64,000 nt of DNA from a candidate division WOR-3 bacterium (GCA_965649165.1 CBFGJT010000005.1:17358-81357); one strand, 5' to 3'; shown: positions 9,798-19,681, numbered from the stretch's first letter. Notes: generated by a model from the sequence alone, not told the origin. Program-made: numbers and translations.

Positions 9798-11090
9798 ATG
9801 AGAATCAGGGCAGCGGTCTGGTACCGGTATGCAGTAGCCGGGTGGGGTCTGATTAGCCTGGCAGTTTCAGCTTGCAAAACAGCACCGCCGGGCAAGCCGT
9901 TAGGTGCGACCTATGCGGAGCTGGGCAAGGCTGAGATCTGGAAAATACCGGCAAGGAGTGAGGCTCAGGCGGTTGGTTTGAAGGTAGGAGATGTGATCAT
10001 CGGCTACAATGATGAGCCGGTTCGGGATGTCAATGAGTATTTTCATCTGGAAAGGGAGGCGATTACCGCGGGTTCTGGTGAAAAGGTCCGGCTGACCGTG
10101 CTCCGGGATGACCAGGAGCTCAGCTTTGAAGCCCGGCGGATACCCCTCGGTTTTCTCCCGAAGTCAAGAATGTATGGTGCCAGTCTGGCAAAGGCGCTGG
10201 ATGATATTGTTCAGCATTACGGGCAGCCCGGCATGTATGACTGGCTGGCAGCGCTGACCGGAGAGTCGTTTGCCGTAATGCTGGAGGAGAATAACCCTTA
10301 TTCCTGGGGAACGGACGGTCTGGCGGAAAATTGTTTTATCACAGTTGAGCAGTTCACTGGTCTTTCACTACGGCTCCGCTACAGCCGGGAAAGTGAGGGA
10401 GATTCCGCTGCTTCTGCGGTTCCGGATCCGGGGTTACAGGTGATCCGGAAACTGCTGGCTCAGGACCGGGACCTGGTTGTCTTGGGGAAATGGGGAGATC
10501 AGCCAGTGCTCTTCTGGGGCATTCCGGTCTGGATTAATCCAGCGGATTCAACGGTTCAGGGCTGGACTCTCGACTACGGCACCGAGCAGACATTGACCGG
10601 AGATATTATCTCGATTTATGAGGTCGGTTTTCGGGGTCCGGTAACGCCGGAGCCAGCAGATATGCTTTCCAGTGTGCTTGAGCAGGCGCTGGAGTTGGGA
10701 TTGCGTTCCAGCGACCGCGGGTGGCATTCCGGACTGGAGGCGTATGATATTGTGCTGAAACAGCTGGAGCGGTTTCCCGTCGTGCCGGAAGGAATTGATG
10801 CCGGTAATGATTGCTTTTACCGTCTGGTCTGGCGCCTGATTGCGAAAAAAGAGGGTGCCAACCGTTTTCTCAACGAGATGAAACAGGTTCTGCCCAAACA
10901 GGCGGATCTGATTGAGGAGGTCCTGGGAAGAAACCGGGCGATCATCGGTAAACTGGAAGGGGTGATGGCAGCAAACCTGCGGCTGGATTCGCCAGCAAAT
11001 CAGCAGAAGGCGGCCCGGGTTATCGCTGAAATTCAGGAGATTGAGAACGACCTGCTCGGGCTTTATGAGGAGCTGATTGGCGAGCTCTGA
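9798..11090 (+). CDS. PDZ domain-containing lipoprotein with uncharacterised C-terminal domain
   Basis: Lipobox-like AVSACK. PDZ-like segment GLKVGDVIIGYNDEPVRDVNEY....VRLTVLRD. Confidence 0.6.
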   Translation: MRIRAAVWYRYAVAGWGLISLAVSACKTAPPGKPLGATYAELGKAEIWKIPARSEAQAVGLKVGDVIIGYNDEPVRDVNEYFHLEREAITAGSGEKVRLTVLRDDQELSFEARRIPLGFLPKSRMYGASLAKALDDIVQHYGQPGMYDWLAALTGESFAVMLEENNPYSWGTDGLAENCFITVEQFTGLSLRLRYSRESEGDSAASAVPDPGLQVIRKLLAQDRDLVVLGKWGDQPVLFWGIPVWINPADSTVQGWTLDYGTEQTLTGDIISIYEVGFRGPVTPEPADMLSSVLEQALELGLRSSDRGWHSGLEAYDIVLKQLERFPVVPEGIDAGNDCFYRLVWRLIAKKEGANRFLNEMKQVLPKQADLIEEVLGRNRAIIGKLEGVMAANLRLDSPANQQKAARVIAEIQEIENDLLGLYEELIGEL

Positions 11091-13043
11091 TCAGGGTCCC
11101 TCCTCATAGATATCGTCGTAGCCCTCTGCCCAGTCGTGAAGCCAGTTCTGCTGGCGCAGCAGTTCCGGGTCCAGGGGGCTGTTGAACAGAGCAATGCAGT
11201 ATTTTCCCGACCAGGCGATCTCGTTATTTCGGATCGTCGGGCTTGAGGTCCTTACCACCAGTTCGGCAGTTGCACCGCCGCCCCCACCGAAAAACAGCTG
11301 ACAGTGGTCAATGGTTGTACCTGAGCCGGTCAGAGGTGCAAACTCCAGCGCCCGCCAGGAGCCGGGTGTGGTTGTATCACCGGTAAACCGGATTGAATCT
11401 GGCACCCCGATTGCAATCAGCTTGCCCGGGCCCAGTTCACCAATCCGCAGGCCACAGTTGCGGGTGAACTGCAGTTCGACGCCCGGGTTGAGAAACAGCG
11501 TAGGTGCGAACGGAGAACCGACATCAACACTGCCGGTCAGCCGGTATGGCGTCTGGTGATTCTGCCAGACCGCATCCTGAGCGATTACACCTCCGACAAC
11601 CTCAATGTAATTTCTGCCATTCCCGTTCAGCCGGTTGCCTGCACCCATGGTGCTGACAAACTGGGCTTCAATATGGGCTGGAAATGAGGCGCAGTTGCTG
11701 ATGATATTGTTCTCAAACTGCTCAAATCCGGTGCCGATGCAGTAGATTCCGGCGCTGGCGCTGGAAACCAGTTTGGTTCCTACCATCCTGACCGGGGCAT
11801 AACAGATTATTGCCGCAACGCCATTGCCTCCCGCATTTTCAACTCGGCAGTCTTTGAATCGGCACTGCCCGGCTATGCTCCAGTCCCAGAATTCAATTCC
11901 GGACCAGAAATTGCGGTCAATTCCGGCAAGGACAATTTCACCGTTACTGCCGTCCGCTACCAGACCGCCGGGTTTGCCGACTCCGATCCGGATCCGGGCA
12001 GAATCGGCAAACAGCAGAGAGCATCCCGGGCTGATAAAAACCACTGGAGCAGAGTCGCCGGCGACGGTGATGGTGCCCGTGACAAGATAAGGGATATCCG
12101 GATTGAGCAGGTTGATGGTGCGTTCGATCACACCCGGCGTGATAATTATCCGGTCCAGCCGGTTACCGGTAAAACGGTTGCCGGTGCCGAGCGTGCCTGC
12201 TGCCTGCGGGCTGAGCACCAGCGGTGCACCATCACAGCCGGTCACGGTATTATTCCGGAAGCTGCTGAACCCGGTTCCGGAGATAACGACCCCGTTGCTG
12301 GCACTGCGGCGCAGGGTGGTGTTTTCCATACTGATTCGGGCGCTGTTAACCACGAGTAAGGCACCATCTCTGCCGCCAAATTCCAATATACAGTTATTCA
12401 GAATACTGCTCCTGGCTTCGGCATAGCGGTTGAATTCAATCATGCTCCAGGGGTTCAGCGTATCGCTGGCAGTGAACCGGACTGGCAGGGCCGGGGTACC
12501 TTCTGCCCTCAGTCCGGCCGGGGTAAACCTGCCGACGGATATGGTGGCGCCCGGTGCGAGTCTGATTTCGGCGCCTGCCTCAATTGTGAGCTGGGCCTCA
12601 ACCCGCAAAGTTCCCAGTACATAATGGGGGCTGGCATCAGCCCGCCATAGCTCATCCTCACCCATCGTTCCGGAATGATAACTGCCTGGCAGGGGAAAGC
12701 TGAGGAATTCCACCGGCTGGGAGCTGTCGCAGTTACCGGCACGGTCGTAGGCGATCGCCAGCAGCGTGTGCACTGTTCCTGCCAGATAACTGCCGCCGTC
12801 AAACACAAATTTAAACAGGGTGTCCCTGCCCGATGAATCGGCCGCTACCAGTGAGTCGTCAACGATCAGCTGTACCAGCCAAACCTGCTGGTTATCTTTT
12901 GCCACAACCAGAATGGTATCGGCACCGGCGAGCGTGTCGCCTTGCTGCGGAAAGACAATCCGGATCCGCGGTGGGGTTATGTCTGGTTGCGGACAGCCGG
13001 CAAGCAACAGTCCGGCAGTAAGGAGCCAGACCCGCCTTACCAT
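11091..13043 (-). CDS. lipoprotein with Ig-like N-domain and right-handed parallel beta-helix repeats
   Basis: Lipobox LLAGC. Ig-like block PPRIRIVFPQQGDTLAG..ILVVAKDNQQV. Repeated N(N/C)(I/T)(I/L/V)..(N/C/S).. turns typical of beta-helix proteins. Confidence 0.6.
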   Translation of the reverse strand: MVRRVWLLTAGLLLAGCPQPDITPPRIRIVFPQQGDTLAGADTILVVAKDNQQVWLVQLIVDDSLVAADSSGRDTLFKFVFDGGSYLAGTVHTLLAIAYDRAGNCDSSQPVEFLSFPLPGSYHSGTMGEDELWRADASPHYVLGTLRVEAQLTIEAGAEIRLAPGATISVGRFTPAGLRAEGTPALPVRFTASDTLNPWSMIEFNRYAEARSSILNNCILEFGGRDGALLVVNSARISMENTTLRRSASNGVVISGTGFSSFRNNTVTGCDGAPLVLSPQAAGTLGTGNRFTGNRLDRIIITPGVIERTINLLNPDIPYLVTGTITVAGDSAPVVFISPGCSLLFADSARIRIGVGKPGGLVADGSNGEIVLAGIDRNFWSGIEFWDWSIAGQCRFKDCRVENAGGNGVAAIICYAPVRMVGTKLVSSASAGIYCIGTGFEQFENNIISNCASFPAHIEAQFVSTMGAGNRLNGNGRNYIEVVGGVIAQDAVWQNHQTPYRLTGSVDVGSPFAPTLFLNPGVELQFTRNCGLRIGELGPGKLIAIGVPDSIRFTGDTTTPGSWRALEFAPLTGSGTTIDHCQLFFGGGGGATAELVVRTSSPTIRNNEIAWSGKYCIALFNSPLDPELLRQQNWLHDWAEGYDDIYEEGP

Positions 13044-13837
13044 ATCTTGCCGAAAGAGTCAAAAACCCAAGTTCCTGCATCCTGCCGGAGATAGAGCTCC
13101 AGACTGCGGTAGCGCCTGAGCGCCGATTTCCCTGCTGGGGAAACCGGATGGAAGTCCACCACCGCCAGTGCCAGCGTGCCGAAGATCCGCAGCTGACCCA
13201 GCTGGAGGAAGTAGGGAATGGTGCGGGGCAGGCGGGTTCTGGGGTCAAGCTCGGCGCTCAGCCAGCGGACCGGTCGGGAGCGGAGGAAGGAGAGTGATTC
13301 CGATGCAAAGAAAGACTGCAGGATAAAGACCGTATCCGGCAGATTGAGACGCTGGGCGCGGATTTTCTTCAGGCTTTCGTAGCTGAGGGCAAAGTCAAGA
13401 GCCGTCAGTGCCAGCTGACGCAGTGCCGCGGTGTCCCGGGTCCCGAACTGAAATGTCTGGTCCAGGATATTGGAAATCCAGGCGAGCTGCCAGCCGGAGT
13501 CGGTAAACAACCAGTTCTGATAGATGTAGTCATAATTCTGCTCACCGGTGAAGAGCAGATAGGTGGACACATGGGCACCCCGACCTCGGGTATCAACCAC
13601 CTGCGACTGGATCCGGCTGATGCGCCGGTTCTGATGCCAGGCACGGACTGCGGAATCAAATCGGGAAAATGGTATGTCCTGACGGAATGCAGGCACGAAC
13701 AGTTCATAAATGGCACGGGTATCACCATTGACCAGCGCGTTACTTACCTGCTGGGTTTTCAGATGGAGCTGATATTTAGGTTTCGGTTCGGTTGCGAATG
13801 CCAGCGCGACCAGAAAAAGAGGATAGATTTTCAGCAA
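13037..13837 (-). CDS. hypothetical secreted protein
   Basis: 266-aa ORF with signal peptide MLKIYPLFLVALAFA. It overlaps the downstream gene by 7 nt. The TTG start directly abuts the tRNA-Asp 3' end. Confidence 0.5.
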   Translation of the reverse strand: MLKIYPLFLVALAFATEPKPKYQLHLKTQQVSNALVNGDTRAIYELFVPAFRQDIPFSRFDSAVRAWHQNRRISRIQSQVVDTRGRGAHVSTYLLFTGEQNYDYIYQNWLFTDSGWQLAWISNILDQTFQFGTRDTAALRQLALTALDFALSYESLKKIRAQRLNLPDTVFILQSFFASESLSFLRSRPVRWLSAELDPRTRLPRTIPYFLQLGQLRIFGTLALAVVDFHPVSPAGKSALRRYRSLELYLRQDAGTWVFDSFGKIW

Positions 13838-13912
13838 CGGGCCCGACCAGATTTGAACTGGCGATCTTCGCCGTGACAGGGCGACGTGTTAACCAGGCTA
13901 CACTACGGGCCC
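13838..13912 (-). tRNA. tRNA-Asp (anticodon GTC)
   Basis: Hand-folded cloverleaf: GGGCCCG TA GTGT AGCCTGGTTA ACAC G TCGCC CTGTCAC GGCGA AGATC GCCAG TTCAAAT CTGGT CGGGCCC G. CCA is not encoded. Confidence 0.92.
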
Positions 13913-13920
13913 GATGATTA

Positions 13921-13949
13921 ATGATAATAAATTTGCCCCTGATTGTCAA
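13921..13949 (-). promoter_or_regulatory. sigma70-like promoter for tRNA-Asp (TTGACA-17-TATCAT)
   Basis: Minus strand reads TTGACA atcaggggcaaatttat TATCAT taatcatc, followed by tRNA base 1. Confidence 0.7.
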
Positions 13950-13969
13950 ATAGGTTTAACAAGGTTTGT

Positions 13970-13997
13970 TTGACTGCCGGCCGATGCACAATATAAT
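13970..13997 (+). promoter_or_regulatory. sigma70-like promoter (TTGACT-16-TATAAT) for the HD-glyQ operon
   Basis: Near-consensus hexamers, followed by GGAGG and the TTG start at 14023. Confidence 0.7.
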
Positions 13998-14022
13998 TGA
14001 CTGAAGCAAACTGGAGGCAAAT

Positions 14023-14568
14023 TTGGACCGGGAAACAGCCTGGAAGCTGATAAACAGTTCGGTGAAGAACCAGAATCTAATCAAGCACATGCTGGCAACC
14101 GAAGCCTGTCTGCGGGCGCTGGCGCGGCGGCTGGGTCAGGATGAGGAGAAGTGGGGACTTGCCGGTCTGGTTCATGACCTGGATTATGAACAGACCAAGG
14201 ATGATCCGGCAAGCCATGCCATGGTCGCCGCCCAGATTCTTGTCAGTCACAATGTTGACCCCGAGGTGGTGCAGGCGGTCAAGGCGCATTCGGGCAATGT
14301 GGAGCCGGTTTCACTGCTGGATAAGGCGATCGTTGCCACTGATCCAGTAACCGGTCTGATTGTCGCGGCGGCGCTGATGCACCCGACCAAGAAACTGGCG
14401 AATGTGGACACCGAATTTGTCCTGCGCCGGTTCAAGGACAAGCGGTTTGCTGCCGGTGCGAACCGGGAGCAGATTCAGCGCTGCTCCGAACTGGGGCTGT
14501 CTCTTGAAGAGTTTATTACCATCTGTCTTGGGGCGATGCAGTGCATCGCCGGTCAGCTCGGGCTGTAA
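14023..14568 (+). CDS. HD/HDIG-domain phosphohydrolase
   Basis: Contains H....GLVHDLDYE and a downstream KAHSG segment. 181 aa. Confidence 0.75.
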   Translation: MDRETAWKLINSSVKNQNLIKHMLATEACLRALARRLGQDEEKWGLAGLVHDLDYEQTKDDPASHAMVAAQILVSHNVDPEVVQAVKAHSGNVEPVSLLDKAIVATDPVTGLIVAAALMHPTKKLANVDTEFVLRRFKDKRFAAGANREQIQRCSELGLSLEEFITICLGAMQCIAGQLGL

Positions 14569-14571
14569 GTT

Positions 14572-15444
14572 ATGTCTGGTAATCCGCTTACTTTTCAGGA
14601 GCTGATCCTCAAACTTCAGCAATACTGGGCCGACCAGGGCTGTGCGGTCCTTGCGCCCTACAATTCCGAGGTCGGTGCCGGCACCTTTAATCCCGCAACC
14701 TTCCTGCGGGTTCTGGACTCCAGGCCCTGGAATGTGGTCTACTGCGAGCCGTCCAAAAGACCACGGGATGGCAGGTATGCCCAGAATCCGCTCCGGGTCC
14801 AGCAGTTCTGGCAGCTGCAGGTGATTCTGAAGCCGGCGCCGGCCGATGTCCAGGACCGGTATCTGCAGAGCCTGGCGGCGATCGGGATTGACCTGAAGAA
14901 GAATGACATCCGGTTCACCGAGGATGACTGGGAGTCGCCGACGCTCGGTGCCTGGGGTCTGGGCTGGCAGGTGGAACTGAACGGGATCGAGATCACCCAG
15001 TTCACGTATTTTCAGCAGTGCGGTTCAGTTGACCTGAAGGTGATTCCGGTGGAGCTGACCTATGGGCTGGAGCGGATTGCGATGTTCATTCAGAATGTCA
15101 ACTCAATCTTCGATGTTCGCTGGAATGAGAGCCTGACCTGGGGTGATGTCTACCGGCAGAACGAGGAGGAGTTCTCCTGCTACAACTTTGAAGAGGCGGA
15201 TGTGGAGCTGCACCGGTATCTATTTGACCGGTATGAGCAGGAGGCACAGCGGCTCCTGAAGCTCGGGCTGGTCTATCCCGGCTATGACTGTGTGATCAAG
15301 TGTTCCCACTTCTTCAACATCCTCGAAGCCCGGGGTGCGATCAGCGTCACCGAGCGCCAGAACTACATCGCCCGGGTCCGGAGAATTGCCCGTCAGGCAG
15401 CGCTTGCCTATCTTGCCAAGGTTGAGCCCGAGCCAAAGAAATAG
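14572..15444 (+). CDS. glyQ: glycine--tRNA ligase alpha subunit
   Basis: Contains [36 protein letters not shown] and YFQQCG. Confidence 0.95.
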   Translation: MSGNPLTFQELILKLQQYWADQGCAVLAPYNSEVGAGTFNPATFLRVLDSRPWNVVYCEPSKRPRDGRYAQNPLRVQQFWQLQVILKPAPADVQDRYLQSLAAIGIDLKKNDIRFTEDDWESPTLGAWGLGWQVELNGIEITQFTYFQQCGSVDLKVIPVELTYGLERIAMFIQNVNSIFDVRWNESLTWGDVYRQNEEEFSCYNFEEADVELHRYLFDRYEQEAQRLLKLGLVYPGYDCVIKCSHFFNILEARGAISVTERQNYIARVRRIARQAALAYLAKVEPEPKK

Positions 15445-15511
15445 CTAACCCCACCGTTTAACTCGTTTAAAATTCCTGCTGCAGCAAGGGATCTTACCGC
15501 ATAAAAATGGC

Positions 15512-15576
15512 GTCGGGAGCAGGGAAACAAGGGGGTATTTTTGGTGGGTTGGGAAGGAGGGATACCTGCTCCCGAC
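15512..15576. terminator. perfect 12-bp inverted repeat between convergent glyQ and clpB (candidate terminator, favouring clpB)
   Basis: GTCGGGAGCAGG ...41 nt... CCTGCTCCCGAC. On the minus strand it is followed by GCCATTTTTAT. There is no T-run on the plus strand. Confidence 0.4.
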
Positions 15577-15594
15577 AAAACTCCTGATTGTAAA

Positions 15595-18141
15595 TTATTC
15601 CGGGATGAGCATCAGCTCATCGTTTTCCACCCCGATTGTAATTTTTTCCGGTCTCTTCTCAAGAATCAGCCTTGCCAGCTGATTCTCAATGCGTTTCTGG
15701 ATTACCCGTTTCAACGGCCTTGCCCCAAATTCCGGGTCATAGCCTTCCCGCGCGAGCAAATCCTCGACGCCCGGATTAATTATAACCTCAATTCCCTGTT
15801 CTGTCAACTGATTTTTCAGCCGGGCGAGCTGAAGGTCAACAATCTGACGGATGTGCCCCTGGCTCAGCGGTTCAAAGATGATGATCTCATCAATCCGGTT
15901 CAGGAACTCGGGTCGGAAGTGCCGGCGCAAGAGCGCAACCAGCTCATCCTGGTCAAACCTGCCCGCCCGCGCCATCTCGGTGCCGAGGTTGGAGGTCATA
16001 ATCACCACCGTGTTCCGGAAGTCCACCACCCGGCCATGGCCGTCGGTCAGTCTGCCATCATCCAGAATCTGGAGCAGGATGTTGAACACATCCGGATGCG
16101 CCTTCTCAATTTCATCAAGCAGGATCACCCGGTAAGGCCGGCGCCGAACCGCCTCGGTCAGCTGTCCGCCCTCCTCATAGCCAACATAGCCTGGTGGTGC
16201 GCCGATGAGCCGGGAGACGGTGTGCTTCTCCATATACTCGGACATGTCCAGTCGGACCATCGCCTCTTCGCTGTCAAACAGGACCTGGGCCAGGGTGCGT
16301 GCCAGTTCGGTTTTGCCGACGCCGGTCGGTCCCAGGAAGATGAAGGAGCCGATCGGCTTTTTGCGCTCGGCAATGCCGGCACGGGCACGCCGGATCGCAT
16401 TGGCAACCGCCTCCACCGCCCGGTTCTGGTTTACCACCCGCTGGTGAATCTCATCCTCCAGGCGCAGAAGCTTCTCCCGCTCCGACTCGAGCAGATTCTT
16501 CACCGGAATGCCGGTCCACTTGGATACCACCTCGGCGATGTCCTCCTCAGTCACCTCTTCGCGCAGCAGCCGGTGGTTTCTGTTCTGCTTGTCCAGCTCT
16601 CCCAGCTCCTTCTTAAGCTGAAGCAGTTTGCCGTATTCCAGCTCGGCAGCCCGGTTTAGGTCATACTTCCGCTTGGCGGTCTCAATCTCATGCTGGACGC
16701 GCTCAATCTCCTCCTTGAGCTGGCGGCGTTGCTCAACTACTTTGCGCTCCGACTCCCACTGGGCGGTCAGCCGTGCCTGTTCCTCCTTCAGATTGGCAAT
16801 CTCCTTTTCAATCTCCTCCAGCCGCTGTCTTGATATTTCATCCACCTCCCGTTTGAGGGAAAGCTTCTCCATCTCCAGCTGGAGGATTCTGCGGTCCAGG
16901 TCGTCAAGCTCCACCGGCTTGGAGGTGATCTCCATTTTCAGCTTCGCTGCCGCCTCATCCACCAGGTCAATCGCCTTGTCTGGCAGATACCGGTCTGAAA
17001 TATACCGGTTGGACAGCACCGCGGCAGCAACCAGCGCCGCATCGGCGATCCGCACCCCGTGATGGACCTCATACCGCTCCTTCAGCCCGCGCAGAATTGA
17101 GATTGTCTCCTCAACGCTCGGCTGGTCAACATAGACCGGCTGGAACCGGCGCTCGAGCGCCTTGTCCTTCTCAATGTACTCCCGGTACTCATCGAGGGTG
17201 GTGGCGCCGATACAGCGCAGTTCACCCCGCGCCAGCATTGGCTTTAAGAGATTTCCGGCATCAATTGCACCTTCCGCCTTGCCCGCGCCCACAATCAGAT
17301 GCAGCTCATCAATGAAGAGGATAATCTTGCCATCCGAAGCGGCAACCTCCTTCAGCACCGCCTTGAGCCGGCTTTCAAACTCACCCCGGTACTTGGCGCC
17401 GGCGATCAAAGCCCCGAGATCCAGCGCAATCAGTCGCCGGTCCTTCAGACTCTCCGGGACATCACCCTTGACAATCCGCTGTGCCAGCCCTTCAACGATG
17501 GCGGTTTTGCCCACGCCCGCTTCGCCGATCAAAACCGGGTTGTTCTTGGTGCGCCGGGAAAGGACCTGCATCACCCGGCGGATCTCATCATCGCGGCCGA
17601 TCACCGGGTCGAGCTTTCCTTCTCGGGCAAGCCGGGTCAGGTCCCGGCCGAACTTCTCCAATGGCTGATAGCGGTCCTCAGCACCCGGGTCGGTCACCCT
17701 TTGTGTCCCGCGCAGCTCGCGTAGTACCGCCAGCACCCGGTTTTTTTCCACCCCGAAGTTCTGGAAGATCCGGGCAACCGCGCCGTCGCGCAAAGCCAAA
17801 AGTCCGAGCAGGAGATGCTCAGTGGAGATGAACTCATCTTTAAACCGCTGCGCCTCCTCCTCAGCTGCAGTTAAAACCTGCTGGGCGCGGGATGAGAGAT
17901 ACACCTGACCGCCACCCGAAACTCGGGGCCGGTCGCGTAGTGCGGTCTCGGTATGCTGGCGGATGTGTTCGGGCCTCGTGCCCAACCGCTCGAGAATCTG
18001 GGGCACCAGTCCTTCATCCTGATTCACCAGTGCCAAAAGGATATGCTCCGCATCCAGCTCCTGATGGCCCAACCGCTGTGCCAGCGACTGTGCCTCATAA
18101 AGCGCACCCTGCGCCTTTTCGGTAAACTTATCAATGTTCAT
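15595..18141 (-). CDS. clpB: ATP-dependent chaperone ClpB
   Basis: 848 aa with two AAA+ modules (GEAGVGKT and GPTGVGKT), a long coiled-coil middle domain, and a Clp_N domain. Confidence 0.95.
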   Translation of the reverse strand: MNIDKFTEKAQGALYEAQSLAQRLGHQELDAEHILLALVNQDEGLVPQILERLGTRPEHIRQHTETALRDRPRVSGGGQVYLSSRAQQVLTAAEEEAQRFKDEFISTEHLLLGLLALRDGAVARIFQNFGVEKNRVLAVLRELRGTQRVTDPGAEDRYQPLEKFGRDLTRLAREGKLDPVIGRDDEIRRVMQVLSRRTKNNPVLIGEAGVGKTAIVEGLAQRIVKGDVPESLKDRRLIALDLGALIAGAKYRGEFESRLKAVLKEVAASDGKIILFIDELHLIVGAGKAEGAIDAGNLLKPMLARGELRCIGATTLDEYREYIEKDKALERRFQPVYVDQPSVEETISILRGLKERYEVHHGVRIADAALVAAAVLSNRYISDRYLPDKAIDLVDEAAAKLKMEITSKPVELDDLDRRILQLEMEKLSLKREVDEISRQRLEEIEKEIANLKEEQARLTAQWESERKVVEQRRQLKEEIERVQHEIETAKRKYDLNRAAELEYGKLLQLKKELGELDKQNRNHRLLREEVTEEDIAEVVSKWTGIPVKNLLESEREKLLRLEDEIHQRVVNQNRAVEAVANAIRRARAGIAERKKPIGSFIFLGPTGVGKTELARTLAQVLFDSEEAMVRLDMSEYMEKHTVSRLIGAPPGYVGYEEGGQLTEAVRRRPYRVILLDEIEKAHPDVFNILLQILDDGRLTDGHGRVVDFRNTVVIMTSNLGTEMARAGRFDQDELVALLRRHFRPEFLNRIDEIIIFEPLSQGHIRQIVDLQLARLKNQLTEQGIEVIINPGVEDLLAREGYDPEFGARPLKRVIQKRIENQLARLILEKRPEKITIGVENDELMLIPE

Positions 18142-18183
18142 AAATCAATTATTAGACTCCCATTTTCACCTTGTGGTTACCAT

Positions 18184-18212
18184 TTGACAAGCCGGCACTG
18201 AACCGGTATCTT
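18184..18212 (+). promoter_or_regulatory. sigma70-like promoter (TTGACA-17-TATCTT), leaderless geometry
   Basis: The -10 ends 5 nt before ATG 18218 and there is no Shine-Dalgarno sequence. The -35 shares the TTTGACAA palindrome with a minus-strand TTGTCA upstream of clpB. Confidence 0.5.
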
Positions 18213-18217
18213 CGTCG

Positions 18218-19402
18218 ATGGCGACTTTTTTCTGGCGGCTGGTAGTTGCCACTCTGGCAGGCACACCGGCAGAAAGCAGCAATTTTCACCGGGACTACAC
18301 CCTTATTTATGCTAATCACTATGACCTTCTCAACTCTGCGGTCAACCTCAACAGTGCGGGCAAACTGCTTTATGATGCCTGGTTCCGGGCGCTGGCGCCG
18401 AAGGTAAAAAACGGTGCCCTATGGACCGGCATCAGCACCACCGGGATAATTCTCACCCGCTGGTCAGCGCTGCTTTTCCCTCACGAGTTCGGACACTGGC
18501 TGCGCGCCCGGCAGGTCGGTGGTGAGTTCGGGTTTGAGCGGCTTGCCTTTCCGGGCATCATCGGTTGGATGAGACTGCCCGAATCGGCACCGCTGGAAAG
18601 CCATATTCTGGCCCTCATCGGCGGACTGGAGGTGGACGTCTTGACCGCAAAGCTCATCCAGCAGGAGTTTTATCAGCGCAACGGTCTTTACAACGATGAG
18701 TTCGGGCTGGTATTCGGCCATCGGCTGATGTATCCGCTCTATGCGCTTCTGACCCTGCCGGCAAACCCCCAAAACCCGGATTACTGGGAGAATATGGGCG
18801 GTGATCCAGCAACATTTGTCAAGCTGATCTGGGAGCGGACCGCAGAGCCGGTGCTTCTGCCCGACAGCTCGGTCAATCCCCAACTGCTCAAACTGCACTA
18901 CGGAACGATAATTATTTCAATCCTCTCCAACCTTGCGGACATCAACTTTTATCAATCAGCTGGCGCCTTCTTCGGTCCGGAGCTGGGAGGTAGAGCGGCG
19001 CGGTTTCTGTTCGGTGATGAGCAGAACGGCTGGGCTTACGGCACGCTCTTCAACCCCTCCCCGCTTGGTCCGGAAATTTATCTGTTCAACTATTTACGGC
19101 ACAAAGGTAGATTCTACACCACCAGCTTCCGTTTCAGCCTTCCACTCTACGGGTTCGGTGCCGGTATCAGGGCGCCGGAAATTTTTACCACGGGCAGACT
19201 GACGCTCGGATTCGGAGCGGATGTCTGGCACCAGCGGTTTTCCGGTACTGGCGCCGGCCTGAGTGCGGAACTTGGTTTCCGGCTCGGACACAACTGGCAA
19301 CTGCTTTTGAGCGTCGGCAGCAAAACCCGCGGCTATCTGCTGGGCAGACCGATCGGACCAAGCTTTATTGGTTATGCGGGAATCAAGTATATAATGCCAT
19401 GA
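18218..19402 (+). CDS. hypothetical protein with HExxH (HEFGH) zinc-metalloprotease-like motif
   Basis: 394-aa ORF. It has a single HEFGHWL motif, and the C-terminal third has alternating beta-strand-like patterns. Confidence 0.5.
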   Translation: MATFFWRLVVATLAGTPAESSNFHRDYTLIYANHYDLLNSAVNLNSAGKLLYDAWFRALAPKVKNGALWTGISTTGIILTRWSALLFPHEFGHWLRARQVGGEFGFERLAFPGIIGWMRLPESAPLESHILALIGGLEVDVLTAKLIQQEFYQRNGLYNDEFGLVFGHRLMYPLYALLTLPANPQNPDYWENMGGDPATFVKLIWERTAEPVLLPDSSVNPQLLKLHYGTIIISILSNLADINFYQSAGAFFGPELGGRAARFLFGDEQNGWAYGTLFNPSPLGPEIYLFNYLRHKGRFYTTSFRFSLPLYGFGAGIRAPEIFTTGRLTLGFGADVWHQRFSGTGAGLSAELGFRLGHNWQLLLSVGSKTRGYLLGRPIGPSFIGYAGIKYIMP

Positions 19403-19612
19403 AAATGCGGCTGGTTGTTAACCCCAAGCCGGTGCGCATTTACTTGGCCAAAAGCTCGTACTTTGGCGGAAAGAGGAGCGAGGTAATGCTGAGAAGCCTA
19501 AGACTTTACTGCAACATAGAGAACCATTAACAGAATCTGATAATAGCCACGAATTTTATTGAGTCAATGAATTAAACTCTTTTTAACAGGTGCTTGTTTG
19601 ATAAGATAATAT

Positions 19613-19681
19613 CTTTCAATGAGATACAATCTTACACCCCGAAAAGCCCTGTACCGGGGGCAGTTCCCCCGACCGTGGTGG
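19613..19681 (+). repeat. copy A of a conserved noncoding motif (CTTTCAAT ... GGGGGCAGTTCCCCCGACCGTGGTGG)
   Basis: The 26-nt core at 19656-19681 matches 31655-31680 at 22 of 26 positions. The core contains hairpin CGGGGG-CAGTT-CCCCCG. Confidence 0.6.

Noticed and set aside
15541-16659. 372-aa plus-strand ORF, and several smaller ones, overlapping clpB
   Set aside because: It is antisense to an unmistakable clpB. The composition is Pro/Arg/Leu/Gln-rich, typical of an open antisense frame in GC-rich DNA, and there is no motif or RBS.
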